64,000 nucleotides of DNA from a virus (taxonomy: Duplodnaviria; Caudoviricetes), in IMG/VR virus record IMGVR_UViG_3300044627_001244, positions 506 through 64,505 of that record; one strand, given 5' to 3'. Shown one piece after another: positions 56,543 through 64,000 of the stretch. The notes under the pieces are model-generated. The model searched no databases, was not told the DNA's origin, and saw nothing but the letters and a program-made list of their open reading frames with translations. The stretch's first letter is position 1. Each line of letters starts with the position of its first letter. The position numbers and the translations under genes were made by a program.

Positions 56543-56860
56543 TTAGCCCTCACTAACACTCATTTTCCTTAAATCATCAACAATTCGACCCCATCGCTCA
56601 TCAGAATTTGTATCACTTTCGTTTTCATCAGATTCCCACGAATCAGTCCTGACTTCATCCCACAATGATTGAAAATTGTCATACATCTTAGAATCGATAT
56701 CTTCAATCATTCCGAGCAAGGTGTAGAGAACCGTTGAAGTTTCTTCTGGTGTTGATCCAGTTTCTGTCAATCCTCTTGTCGTAACATCAAGCAATGTTTT
56801 GAATTCGCGAACGCGGTGAATTTCATTTTCAAGTGCAGTCAAATTAGTCCAATGTTTCAT
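56543..56860 (-). CDS. Hypothetical protein
   Basis: 105-aa ORF, AAGGA RBS. Confidence 0.65.
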   Translation of the reverse strand: MKHWTNLTALENEIHRVREFKTLLDVTTRGLTETGSTPEETSTVLYTLLGMIEDIDSKMYDNFQSLWDEVRTDSWESDENESDTNSDERWGRIVDDLRKMSVSEG

Positions 56861-56981
56861 TTCGATTTTTCCTTAATTACCGTTTTAAAGTTTTCAACTT
56901 GTTCATCAACAGACTTTGTGAGTCCAGAGACACCAACAGTAGAAATTATAATTCCTACTACAATACCAGCAAGAAATTGTA

Positions 56982-57293
56982 TCATGCTATCTCCCAACGA
57001 ACTGCATCACGAATTTCAACGGACTCTGATCCGTCATACTCATGGATTCGAAACGCAGTTCCTTCAGGCAACCACGCAACATACAATCCATCAAGTCCTC
57101 CTAAGTATGCATTAGGGTATTTTTCTCCGCAATACTTTTCAATTTCACTTTCGCCTTTTGATTGTTCAAGCATTTCTGCAATCACTGGATCATAAAGCAT
57201 TTGTGGTTCATCATAGTTCCAAGTAGACCAGCCTGCGCCAAAGCCACCTGAAACTAGAACCGCAACTTTTCCATCACGAATTAGTTTTTTCAT
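56982..57293 (-). CDS. Conserved phage hypothetical protein
   Basis: GKVAVLVS.GFGAGWSTW, FRIHEYDGSE. Confidence 0.75.
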   Translation of the reverse strand: MKKLIRDGKVAVLVSGGFGAGWSTWNYDEPQMLYDPVIAEMLEQSKGESEIEKYCGEKYPNAYLGGLDGLYVAWLPEGTAFRIHEYDGSESVEIRDAVRWEIA

Positions 57294-57294
57294 T

Positions 57295-58203
57295 TTAAAT
57301 ATCTACAAATTTCAGTTCAAAACGATCTGCTCTTTCTTCATATCCATCATAACCGCGAGGGTTACAAAAGATTCTTGTGCTACCAATCATGTAGTCAAAA
57401 TCTTCATGTGTGTGTCCATGAGTCCACAACTTGATTTGAGGATTGTTCAGAATGAATTCATCTTGATTCGAACTATAACCCCAATTCATTTCCACCTCAT
57501 GCGCGTAGCGAGGATGCGTAGATGCCTTACTAGGTGCATGGTGTGTGCATACAACATACTTCTTTGTGTGATCTGCTACTGAAGTTTTGATAATCTCAAG
57601 CATTTGCTTATAGTCTTCATATGCATCGGCAGGACAGAAACGTGCATCACGCTCTTTGAATGTGGTACGAACAACTGTATTATAGTCTTTCGTTCCATCT
57701 TCTTTAAGTGCATACTCAAACTCTTTGAATGACACTTTGCGACCACTATGCTTCACAATCTGAAAGTCATTCATTCTGCGTTCAATGTAGCGCATTGTCA
57801 TTTCATCGCCACCATTAAAGTCAGTCCAAAGAGTGCCACCAACAAAAGTCACACCATCAATCTCAACTGATTCTTTGTCGAGAAAATGAATGTTGCTGTA
57901 GTCATCATCATTCATCAGAAAACTACGTAGCATATGTGTGCTAGTATTGAAGTCTCCGTGATAGTGTTCATGGTTACCCATGATGTAAATCACATTCTTG
58001 AAATTGTCAGAACAAGAACGGAAGAATTCACGCATTCTTTCATACTTACCATTACTCACAATACCAAGATTATCGGACTTATAATTCAAGTCGCTTGCAA
58101 CACAAATATCACCAGACAACACCAGAACATCAATGTTGTGTTCGTTTTTCAGAATGAGTGGTCCGAATTCTAGATGAACATCGGATGTAACAGCAATTCT
58201 CAT
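57295..58203 (-). CDS. Calcineurin-like metallophosphoesterase
   Basis: SDVHLE, SGDI, GNHEHY, TLWTDF, THHAPS, HGHTH, NPRGY; start reset to ATG 58203. Confidence 0.9.
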   Translation of the reverse strand: MRIAVTSDVHLEFGPLILKNEHNIDVLVLSGDICVASDLNYKSDNLGIVSNGKYERMREFFRSCSDNFKNVIYIMGNHEHYHGDFNTSTHMLRSFLMNDDDYSNIHFLDKESVEIDGVTFVGGTLWTDFNGGDEMTMRYIERRMNDFQIVKHSGRKVSFKEFEYALKEDGTKDYNTVVRTTFKERDARFCPADAYEDYKQMLEIIKTSVADHTKKYVVCTHHAPSKASTHPRYAHEVEMNWGYSSNQDEFILNNPQIKLWTHGHTHEDFDYMIGSTRIFCNPRGYDGYEERADRFELKFVDI

Positions 58204-58204
58204 T

Positions 58205-58690
58205 TTATTCCTCTTCGTCTTCTTCGGAAAATTGATCGTGCAAATTCCAATGGTCAACAAGTTCTTCAGGAATCAAATCCAAATCATCTTTGTCTTGATA
58301 TTCATAACACTCATCAATACCATCGATGTATTGACCCACGAAACACATACCCTCTTCAAGATACTTCGCCTCAATTACAACGTCTTCAAATTCATTTGAC
58401 ATAAAATCATACAATGCAATTGGAGGACCCCAAGGAGAATCAAAAGAGAATGAGATTCGATTATTATGTTCAGATACTTCCCAATCTCGCGCACTACAGT
58501 TCCACTTACATCCCCAATTGTTTAATGCCCATGCATACCAATCTTGGTCTGTCTCTTTAATTTCCTTAGGCATAGGCAAGAAGAAATCGAACCAATCTTC
58601 GCCCTTTTTGTCCTCAAGAAACTTCTCAAACTTTTGAATAGTCTCTGGTTCAGCAATAATATCGATTGTATTGTAACACCAATTAGGCAT
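58205..58690 (-). CDS. DUF1281/YubB ferredoxin-like domain protein
   Basis: MPNWC.N, DWY.W...NWGCKW, F.SPWGPP, YLEEGM.FVG. Confidence 0.75.
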   Translation of the reverse strand: MPNWCYNTIDIIAEPETIQKFEKFLEDKKGEDWFDFFLPMPKEIKETDQDWYAWALNNWGCKWNCSARDWEVSEHNNRISFSFDSPWGPPIALYDFMSNEFEDVVIEAKYLEEGMCFVGQYIDGIDECYEYQDKDDLDLIPEELVDHWNLHDQFSEEDEEE

Positions 58691-58692
58691 GA

Positions 58693-59298
58693 TTAGTTTC
58701 CTTGCATTGCACGAATTTCTTCGATCTTTTGATTTTCAATCTTGTCTGTCTGTGCATCAAGTTCACGGAAAGATTTTGATGCGCGGAATTTAGCATAGAG
58801 TGCTTGATTACGTTGAACCTCAGCAAGCATAATCTTGTTTGCTTCATCAGTAGAATATTTCAACTGCACAAAGGTGCGATATCCATCACGTTCACGCACA
58901 ACCTTGAAGTTAGTCCGTTGAACGCCAATCATGTTAACCTTCGCAACAATCAAACGTGTGGTACGTTCGATATCAGCGCCAGCGACACCAACACCGAGTG
59001 TTCCAGATTCAACTGCAAAGTCTTTCATCATGGAACTAGTGTGTGAAGAAAACTGTGATGCAAGTTCACGCTTTGCAGAAAGCATTGCCTTGTCAACTGA
59101 AAACTGAAAGTCTTTTGAGAATTCAGAACCAACCGAAAAGAGTGAATTCTTTTCGCTAGGCTTGTCAGTATACCAACTAGGGTAGTCTACTTCATTACTA
59201 AACACTTTTGTTTCCGATACACTCGACCCACGAAAATTTGTAGAGCCACATGCAGTCAACGCAAGCACCAAAGGAACAACCATCCAAGTTTTATTCAT
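58693..59298 (-). CDS. Lipoprotein (LPP20-like)
   Basis: Lipobox LTAC, PSWY, AMLSAKRELA. Confidence 0.75.
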   Translation of the reverse strand: MNKTWMVVPLVLALTACGSTNFRGSSVSETKVFSNEVDYPSWYTDKPSEKNSLFSVGSEFSKDFQFSVDKAMLSAKRELASQFSSHTSSMMKDFAVESGTLGVGVAGADIERTTRLIVAKVNMIGVQRTNFKVVRERDGYRTFVQLKYSTDEANKIMLAEVQRNQALYAKFRASKSFRELDAQTDKIENQKIEEIRAMQGN

Positions 59299-59301
59299 AA
59301 T

Positions 59302-59430
59302 TTATTTTCCCACGTTTTTAACATAGTTACCAGCGCGACCAAGGTCTTCTCCCGCACCTTGCATTGCACCACCCACAGTACCACAACCTAACAAACCCAT
59401 AATACAAATCATAACAAAAAGATACTTCAT
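59302..59430 (-). CDS. Entericidin-like small lipoprotein (42 aa)
   Basis: Not in the ORF track. MKYLFVMICIMGLLGC-GTVGGAMQGAGEDLGRAGNYVKNVGK; lipobox LLGC. Confidence 0.72.
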   Translation of the reverse strand: MKYLFVMICIMGLLGCGTVGGAMQGAGEDLGRAGNYVKNVGK

Positions 59431-59432
59431 AT

Positions 59433-60170
59433 TCACCTTAAAATTTGAATTTGATGACTTACCACTTTACGTCCCAGAAAAGGCAAATCTTTTACCATCT
59501 GATTAAACTCTATTCTACTATAAAATGGTCGGAATGTCAAGTTCTCTTCGGTGAAGACATATACCAACAATTCCTTGGACTGAGATTTGCCACTTGGCAA
59601 TCTTGCTTCAATCTTTTGATCCTTTGTCGGCAAACTAAATTCTTTGTTAGGAGCAAACACTTTGCCTTGCCAAACTAGCGTATGCTTATCGTCAACAACA
59701 TTGAAGATACCGAGACTACCAACTCGGTTTGTTGCACCAGATATTTTAAATCTATCGCCGTGCTTAAATTCTTTTTGTGATTGGATTGTTAGTTGAATCG
59801 AATTCGTAATCTTCTCTACGTCCGCTAAAATGTGTACCACACATACGGAATGCTTTTGTTCGGGATGAACTAGAGTTTCGAGTTTATGAATTTTTTTGAT
59901 TTCACCGCTTGTTTCAGAATGAAACGATCTGAGTGTAGAACACTTTTCATCTTTGCAGATTTCATTTGTGCTATGTTCAATCAATTCACCAACAAAGTTT
60001 TCGATTGCATCTTGCTTTGCGCGGTCTTCTGCAATCTTACATGCTACATTCTCGGCAGTCTCAGGACCGAATCGGTATTCACCTTCACCAATTGTTTTCG
60101 AGTGTGTAAAATTTGCACTTACTGCGAGTGTAATTGCGAACGTAGTTTTTGCAATTGTTCTTGTAACCAT
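59433..60170 (-). CDS. Secreted/periplasmic hypothetical protein
   Basis: Signal-peptide-like N-terminus, paired Cys, AEDRAKQDAI helix; C-terminal part resembles DUF4384. Confidence 0.6.
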   Translation of the reverse strand: MVTRTIAKTTFAITLAVSANFTHSKTIGEGEYRFGPETAENVACKIAEDRAKQDAIENFVGELIEHSTNEICKDEKCSTLRSFHSETSGEIKKIHKLETLVHPEQKHSVCVVHILADVEKITNSIQLTIQSQKEFKHGDRFKISGATNRVGSLGIFNVVDDKHTLVWQGKVFAPNKEFSLPTKDQKIEARLPSGKSQSKELLVYVFTEENLTFRPFYSRIEFNQMVKDLPFLGRKVVSHQIQILR

Positions 60171-60281
60171 AATTTAGCATCATCCTCATTATCAAAGTAA
60201 GGGCTGAGTATCACACCTTTTTCTGAATGAATATAGAAATAGGTGTAGGTACTCATTCCCGCATCACGGTACTGAATTAAC

Positions 60282-60761
60282 TCAAGCAACTTTCAGTCCC
60301 AAATTTAATCCCTTGATTCTGTCTGCGGCATATGATGCGGCAAACGCTCTAGGTTTAACCATAGGAATTACATTGCAAGTACCACGAATGTAACCAATTG
60401 CTTCTTGCACCACACAAGATGAACCGTAGTTTTCGTTAGGGTTGATATCCAAATGAACTTCAACCAAACGATCTTCTAGCACATCAGCAAGTTTTAAATA
60501 CAATTCAGACAATTTGTATGCTTCATTCATCAAACGAAAACGTGGACGATTGACCTTTTGATCATAGTCTCGTTCGCGTTGAACTTCACCAAACAATTTG
60601 CATCCGTTGTTTCCATTGATGTGGACAACAATTGCTAGAATGTAATCTGCATACCAATCAGTACCAATACGAAATCTTTCGGAATCGCATCCGATATAGA
60701 TTTTCGTTTCTGGTGATTGATTTGCGATAAATTCTTTCACTTCATCAAGATTGAACTTCAT
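60282..60761 (-). CDS. RNase H-like YkuK/DUF458 protein
   Basis: KIYIGCDS, RLMNEA, EVHLDIN, KP.AFAAS.AAD. Confidence 0.85.
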   Translation of the reverse strand: MKFNLDEVKEFIANQSPETKIYIGCDSERFRIGTDWYADYILAIVVHINGNNGCKLFGEVQRERDYDQKVNRPRFRLMNEAYKLSELYLKLADVLEDRLVEVHLDINPNENYGSSCVVQEAIGYIRGTCNVIPMVKPRAFAASYAADRIKGLNLGLKVA

Positions 60762-60787
60762 AGGTATCTTTCAGGGTTAGTATGACT

Positions 60788-60816
60788 ATTATCTCACGTA
60801 AAAACTTGCCTGTCAA
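60788..60816 (-). promoter_or_regulatory. Sigma70-type promoter
   Basis: TTGACA-N17-GATAAT upstream of the YkuK-like gene. Confidence 0.65.
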
Positions 60817-60830
60817 GTTACCTTTATATA

Positions 60831-60914
60831 TGGTGCCGCCACCCGGACTCGAACCGGGACGCACAAGGCGGGAGATTTTAAGTCTCCTGTGTCTACCTAT
60901 TCCACCATGGCGGC
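60831..60914 (-). tRNA. tRNA-Leu(UAA)
   Basis: GCCGCCA/TGGCGGC-ACCA acceptor, GGAGA-CTTAAAA-TCTCC anticodon arm, variable arm, GGTTCGAGTCC. Confidence 0.95.
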
Positions 60915-60915
60915 T

Positions 60916-61006
60916 TGGTGCCTCGGAAGAGAATCGAACTCTTATCAGCCGCTTATCTGGCGCTACGGGGTATAAATCCGCTGTTTTACCATTAAACTAC
61001 CGAGGC
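60916..61006 (-). tRNA. tRNA with UAU anticodon (Ile) and long variable arm
   Basis: GCCTCGG/CCGAGGC-ACCA, D-arm GTTT-AATGGTA-AAAC, anticodon loop TT-TAT-AC, ~21-nt variable region, AAGAG-TTCGATT-CTCTT. Confidence 0.82.
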
Positions 61007-61012
61007 GTTTTA

Positions 61013-61408
61013 TTACTTTGTTTTTTCTGCTAGTTCTTTGTAGCCAGCCCAACTTGGATGAATACCATCTTTTTGTAAACGTGTAATTGGTAGCACAATG
61101 TCATGATTCTTTTCTGCTATCTCATTCACGATTGTTTGAACGTTGCTTCTGTTCGCAGGAAGAATCCAATAAACTTTAGAGTTTGCATTCACTCTACTGC
61201 GAAGATTTTCTAATTCATGTTTAGTTTTAATTCCTGTATGATCGTTGCTACCAAGACTAATGATAACAACACTAGAGGTGAAGTTGCCAGTATATTGTTT
61301 ATTAAACTGCCAACTGTTAATTCCACCCTTTGCATAGGCAACACATTCTTGTTTTTGTTGATGAACTCCAACAGCGATACTATCACCCAAGATCAAACAG
61401 TCTATCAT
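61013..61408 (-). CDS. SGNH/GDSL hydrolase-like protein
   Basis: ILGDSIA, ISLGSND, DGIHP...GY. Confidence 0.82.
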   Translation of the reverse strand: MIDCLILGDSIAVGVHQQKQECVAYAKGGINSWQFNKQYTGNFTSSVVIISLGSNDHTGIKTKHELENLRSRVNANSKVYWILPANRSNVQTIVNEIAEKNHDIVLPITRLQKDGIHPSWAGYKELAEKTK

Positions 61409-61409
61409 A

Positions 61410-61541
61410 TTATTCTAATGTTTCGTATTCGTCTTTACCTACACCACACTCTGGACAGAGAAAGTCTTCAGGCAAATCTTCCCACTTACCTTCTGTTTCT
61501 TCATCGTGAATATGTCCACAAACAATGCAAATGTGATCCAT
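61410..61541 (-). CDS. Rubredoxin (43 aa)
   Basis: Not in the ORF track in this frame. MDHICIVCGHIHDEETEGKWEDLPEDFLCPECGVGKDEYETLE; TAATG coupling to rubrerythrin. Confidence 0.9.
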   Translation of the reverse strand: MDHICIVCGHIHDEETEGKWEDLPEDFLCPECGVGKDEYETLE

Positions 61542-62005
61542 TATTGAACCTCCTGTAACATTTTCTGATATGCAGTAGCATGACGTTCTTCAACTTTCTT
61601 CAGAGCCGCAAATCGCTTCTCTGCAAGTGCCAGAACATTTCTAAATTGCTGTGCATGTTCGTTTGATTCGCGCCCTTGTTCATTGAATTCTTTGACTGCT
61701 TCAATGTTGTCTTCTGCTTTTGCTTGATATTCAAACTTAGGATACATTTCTGTGAATTCGTAAGTCTCACCTTCAATTGCCATTTCAAGACATTTGCGTG
61801 TGTCGGGCTTACCAATCAGCAATTCAAGGTGTCCCCATGCATGTTTGATTTCTTGATCTGCGGTGTGTTCAAAATGCTTTGCAACTTCTTCAAAGCCTTC
61901 TGCTCTTGCTAGTTTAGCAAAGTATCGATACTTAATATGTGCCATAGACTCTCCTGCTAAGGCACTCTCTAAATTTTTTAGTGTAATTGACATTATAGCC
62001 TCCAT
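61541..62005 (-). CDS. Rubrerythrin (di-iron, no C-terminal rubredoxin domain)
   Basis: NLESALAGESMA..KY.YFA, E..HA, AIEGETYE...MYP, E..HA; start probably at MSITLK (~61993, GGAGG RBS). Confidence 0.92.
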   Translation of the reverse strand: MEAIMSITLKNLESALAGESMAHIKYRYFAKLARAEGFEEVAKHFEHTADQEIKHAWGHLELLIGKPDTRKCLEMAIEGETYEFTEMYPKFEYQAKAEDNIEAVKEFNEQGRESNEHAQQFRNVLALAEKRFAALKKVEERHATAYQKMLQEVQ

Positions 62006-62054
62006 GTATTAATATGTCATGTTAATATGTATTCTCTATTGTAGAGAAAATTTC

Positions 62055-62091
62055 ATTGTTTTTTCTCATGAAGCCTATAGATAAAAACTTT
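62055..62091. promoter_or_regulatory. OxyR-like binding site
   Basis: ATTG-N7-TCAT-N7-ATAG-N7-CTTT versus consensus ATAG-N7-CTAT-N7-ATAG-N7-CTAT, upstream of rubrerythrin. Confidence 0.55.
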
Positions 62092-62282
62092 GTAGGCTAC
62101 GCTTACCAAGTCGCCCCTACTTGAGTTGTCATCCCTGTCATTGCGTTTATAGTAACCTTAGCCATTGCAATTCGGCTCAGCGGTTCGGACTCCCTAAAAA
62201 TGGGCACTCTTCTTAACGGTTAACCGCCCCCGATTCTATAACACCGAATAAGCGACACCGATCACGTTCGGTGCTGACGGGT
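62092..62282 (-). ncRNA. Candidate structured non-tRNA RNA(s) in the tRNA operon
   Basis: GC-rich, no credible ORF. Hairpins GCACCGA/TCGGTGT, AGCC/GGCT and CAAGT/ACTTG, with closing TAGG/CCTA. Confidence 0.45.
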
Positions 62283-62283
62283 T

Positions 62284-62371
62284 TGGCGGAGAGTAACGGA
62301 TTCGAACCGTTGCGCCCATTTCTGAACGACAGTTTAGCAAACTGCTGGTTTAACCACTCACCCAACTCTCC
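62284..62371 (-). tRNA. tRNA-Ser(GCU)
   Basis: GGAGAGT/ACTCTCC-GCCA, GCAGT-TTGCTAA-ACTGT, long variable arm, GGTTCGAATCC. Confidence 0.95.
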
Positions 62372-62375
62372 ATTT

Positions 62376-62450
62376 TGGAGCGGGATATCGGATTTGAACC
62401 GATGACATTTTCGTTGGCAACGAAACATTCTACCGCTGAATTAATCCCGC
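62376..62450 (-). tRNA. tRNA-Gly(GCC)
   Basis: GCGGGAT/ATCCCGC-TCCA, TTTCG-TTGCCAA-CGAAA, GGTTCAAATCC. Confidence 0.95.
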
Positions 62451-62454
62451 ATCA

Positions 62455-63876
62455 TTACAATACTGCGTAACGGTCTTGCATAATTGTCTTAAGCATAACC
62501 GCTTCTGGTGTGAATGATTCCATATCACCAGACAATAGTGGTTTCACAATTGCTGGAGAGAAACCAGACACCAGTGCTGTGCCAGACTTGTCAAACTTGA
62601 CTGGTGCGTTACCGTATGCGGCATTCAGATTCCAAAACACCACTTGTGGTACTTTGTAACCTGCGGCTTCATACTTACGTTCGATCATTTCCATTGCAGA
62701 GTTATCATGCTTTACGCAATGGTCAAACTGCATGTCTGACAGAATCAATACCATTGCTGGCATTTCTTCTTGTGGCACTCCACCTTTGACTGCAACATCA
62801 AGAATATTCTTGAATGCCGCGTGAAGGTTAGTGTTCATCTCCCACTTAGACTTAACCATTTGGTCAATCTTTTGGTTGATGTTACCCTTCAGGTGTAGCA
62901 ATTCTGGCTTGCTAGAGAAAGTCAGGAACGTATCCTTGAACTTACCTGTGTTCTTGTCTGCAAGATACAATCCCAGAGAGACTGCAACATCTAGGCAAGA
63001 CAACTTTGTGTTCTTACCTGCTGGACAAGTCATAGAGCCAGACACATCTACCAGAGGTAGAATGTTTGCATCGCCAACATAGTTAGGCAATGCTTCCCAT
63101 TGCTTTTGAATCAAGTCCATTTCTGTCTTATCAAAAGTCATTCCATAGTGACCGATGCGTCCTTTCAGAACATCGTATGGGTATGCAACGGATGCATTTA
63201 CCTTTACTGCTTTGTCTTCACCTTTCACAAGTGATTGCACATATTCCGCATACTTTTCAGTATTACGGTTAAATGCTTTCTTGTAACGTGCTGACGCAAC
63301 AGAAGGCACATGGCTAAAGTTGATTGCGTCCCATTCTTTAGCACACATATTTTGTTCCACGACCTTAGTCAATTCGACTAGGGACTTACGATAGAACTTT
63401 GGCGACATTCCGAAGAACTCGCGAATTTCTACTGCAAGTTTACCTTGGCGTGGAGTCCACTTTGCGGCAAGACCATTGCGCTGGCGCAGGGCGTCACCAA
63501 GCATAGTGAATGCTTCAGCCTTCATTTCTTTGCCTGTGAAGACAAACAGGTCATCCCAACGTCCCAATTCAGGAACTTTGCGAAGAAGAGCCTTTGCGGC
63601 TTGTGTATCGTTCTTTTCTAGATACACTAGAATGTCACGAAACAACTGACGTTCACCAGCACCACCACGTGCGTCACGAAGCCATGCGGCAATTCGAAGA
63701 GCCAACTCGCGGTTCTCAGCCATTGCGGCAGAGAATGCTGATGTAATGTTCTTACCGCGGGATGCACCCGCATTGTAGAACAAATCAACAACTGCACTAG
63801 ATGTTGATTTACGTGCCTTCATACCATTCTCGGTACGGGCTTCTTGATTTACTACTGCGTCTACAAATGTTGTCAT
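62455..63876 (-). CDS. DUF2828-type TROVE-like + vWA (Ro60-like architecture) protein
   Basis: TENG, RDARGGAGER..FR, GRWDDL, AAKWTPR, V.SVA; vWA MIDAS DVSGS and ILSDMQFD, VFWNL, LVSGFSP. Confidence 0.85.
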   Translation of the reverse strand: MTTFVDAVVNQEARTENGMKARKSTSSAVVDLFYNAGASRGKNITSAFSAAMAENRELALRIAAWLRDARGGAGERQLFRDILVYLEKNDTQAAKALLRKVPELGRWDDLFVFTGKEMKAEAFTMLGDALRQRNGLAAKWTPRQGKLAVEIREFFGMSPKFYRKSLVELTKVVEQNMCAKEWDAINFSHVPSVASARYKKAFNRNTEKYAEYVQSLVKGEDKAVKVNASVAYPYDVLKGRIGHYGMTFDKTEMDLIQKQWEALPNYVGDANILPLVDVSGSMTCPAGKNTKLSCLDVAVSLGLYLADKNTGKFKDTFLTFSSKPELLHLKGNINQKIDQMVKSKWEMNTNLHAAFKNILDVAVKGGVPQEEMPAMVLILSDMQFDHCVKHDNSAMEMIERKYEAAGYKVPQVVFWNLNAAYGNAPVKFDKSGTALVSGFSPAIVKPLLSGDMESFTPEAVMLKTIMQDRYAVL

Positions 63877-63894
63877 AGTATAACTCCTTTAATA

Positions 63895-64000
63895 CAACAG
63901 GTTAATTTTTGCGTTTTCAATTACAAGTTGAATGCTTTTATGTTTGCTGAACTTAACCTAAAATCAACAGAATGCTTTTTACTCTGCACTACCATTGTGC
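63895..64000 (-). repeat. Tandem ~70-nt structured RNA units upstream of the DUF2828 gene (second unit truncated)
   Basis: Both units end in AAAAA-(stem strand)-CTGTTG (63895-63900 and 63965-63970) and carry an internal 7-nt-loop hairpin. Confidence 0.6.

Noticed and set aside
62200-62282. tRNA-associated HDV-like (theta) or hammerhead ribozyme after tRNA-Ser
   Set aside because: I could not fit the nested double pseudoknot or the CUGANGA/GAAA cores by eye; kept only as a generic ncRNA candidate.
60782-62428. Track ORFs 60782..61033(+) and 62213..62428(-)
   Set aside because: They overlap tRNA genes and are spurious.
1-64000. Alternative genetic code or stop-codon reassignment
   Set aside because: Core genes translate to full expected length in the standard code, and no suppressor-anticodon tRNA is seen in this window.

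Overview
This 64 kb window is part of a large T4-like myophage genome (standard genetic code, almost all genes on the minus strand, one plus-strand block at 33.3-40.9 kb). Positions 1-41 kb hold the virion morphogenesis cluster: a collagen-like fibre, portal, two tail tubes, sheath, terminases, neck, fibres, baseplate, gp4/gp2/gp54/gp26/gp51 and a 1662-aa tape-measure-like protein, driven by T4-type TATAAATA late promoters. Positions 41-50 kb carry gp32, gp59, gp33, a cell-wall hydrolase, a four-gene methyltransferase/deacetylase/dioxygenase/glycosyltransferase operon, a two-piece (circularly permuted) tmRNA with tag ANDERFALAA (suggesting a betaproteobacterial host), an exonuclease, PhoH and a DenV-like glycosylase. 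Positions 50-57 kb are an early region of small ORFs behind repeated consensus sigma70 promoters with two recurring palindromic operator-like motifs. Positions 57-64 kb contain envelope lipoproteins, four tRNAs (one an unusual long-variable-arm UAU tRNA), rubrerythrin-rubredoxin with an OxyR-like box, candidate ncRNAs, and a TROVE-like/vWA (DUF2828-type) gene preceded by ~70-nt structured repeat units carrying tRNA-loop mimics. The strongest leads are the DUF2828 plus tRNA-loop-mimic RNA units, a predicted -1 frameshift fusing gp26 to gp51 upstream of the tape measure, the permuted tmRNA and the glycan-tailoring operon. All family assignments come from motif recognition and synteny, not database searches.
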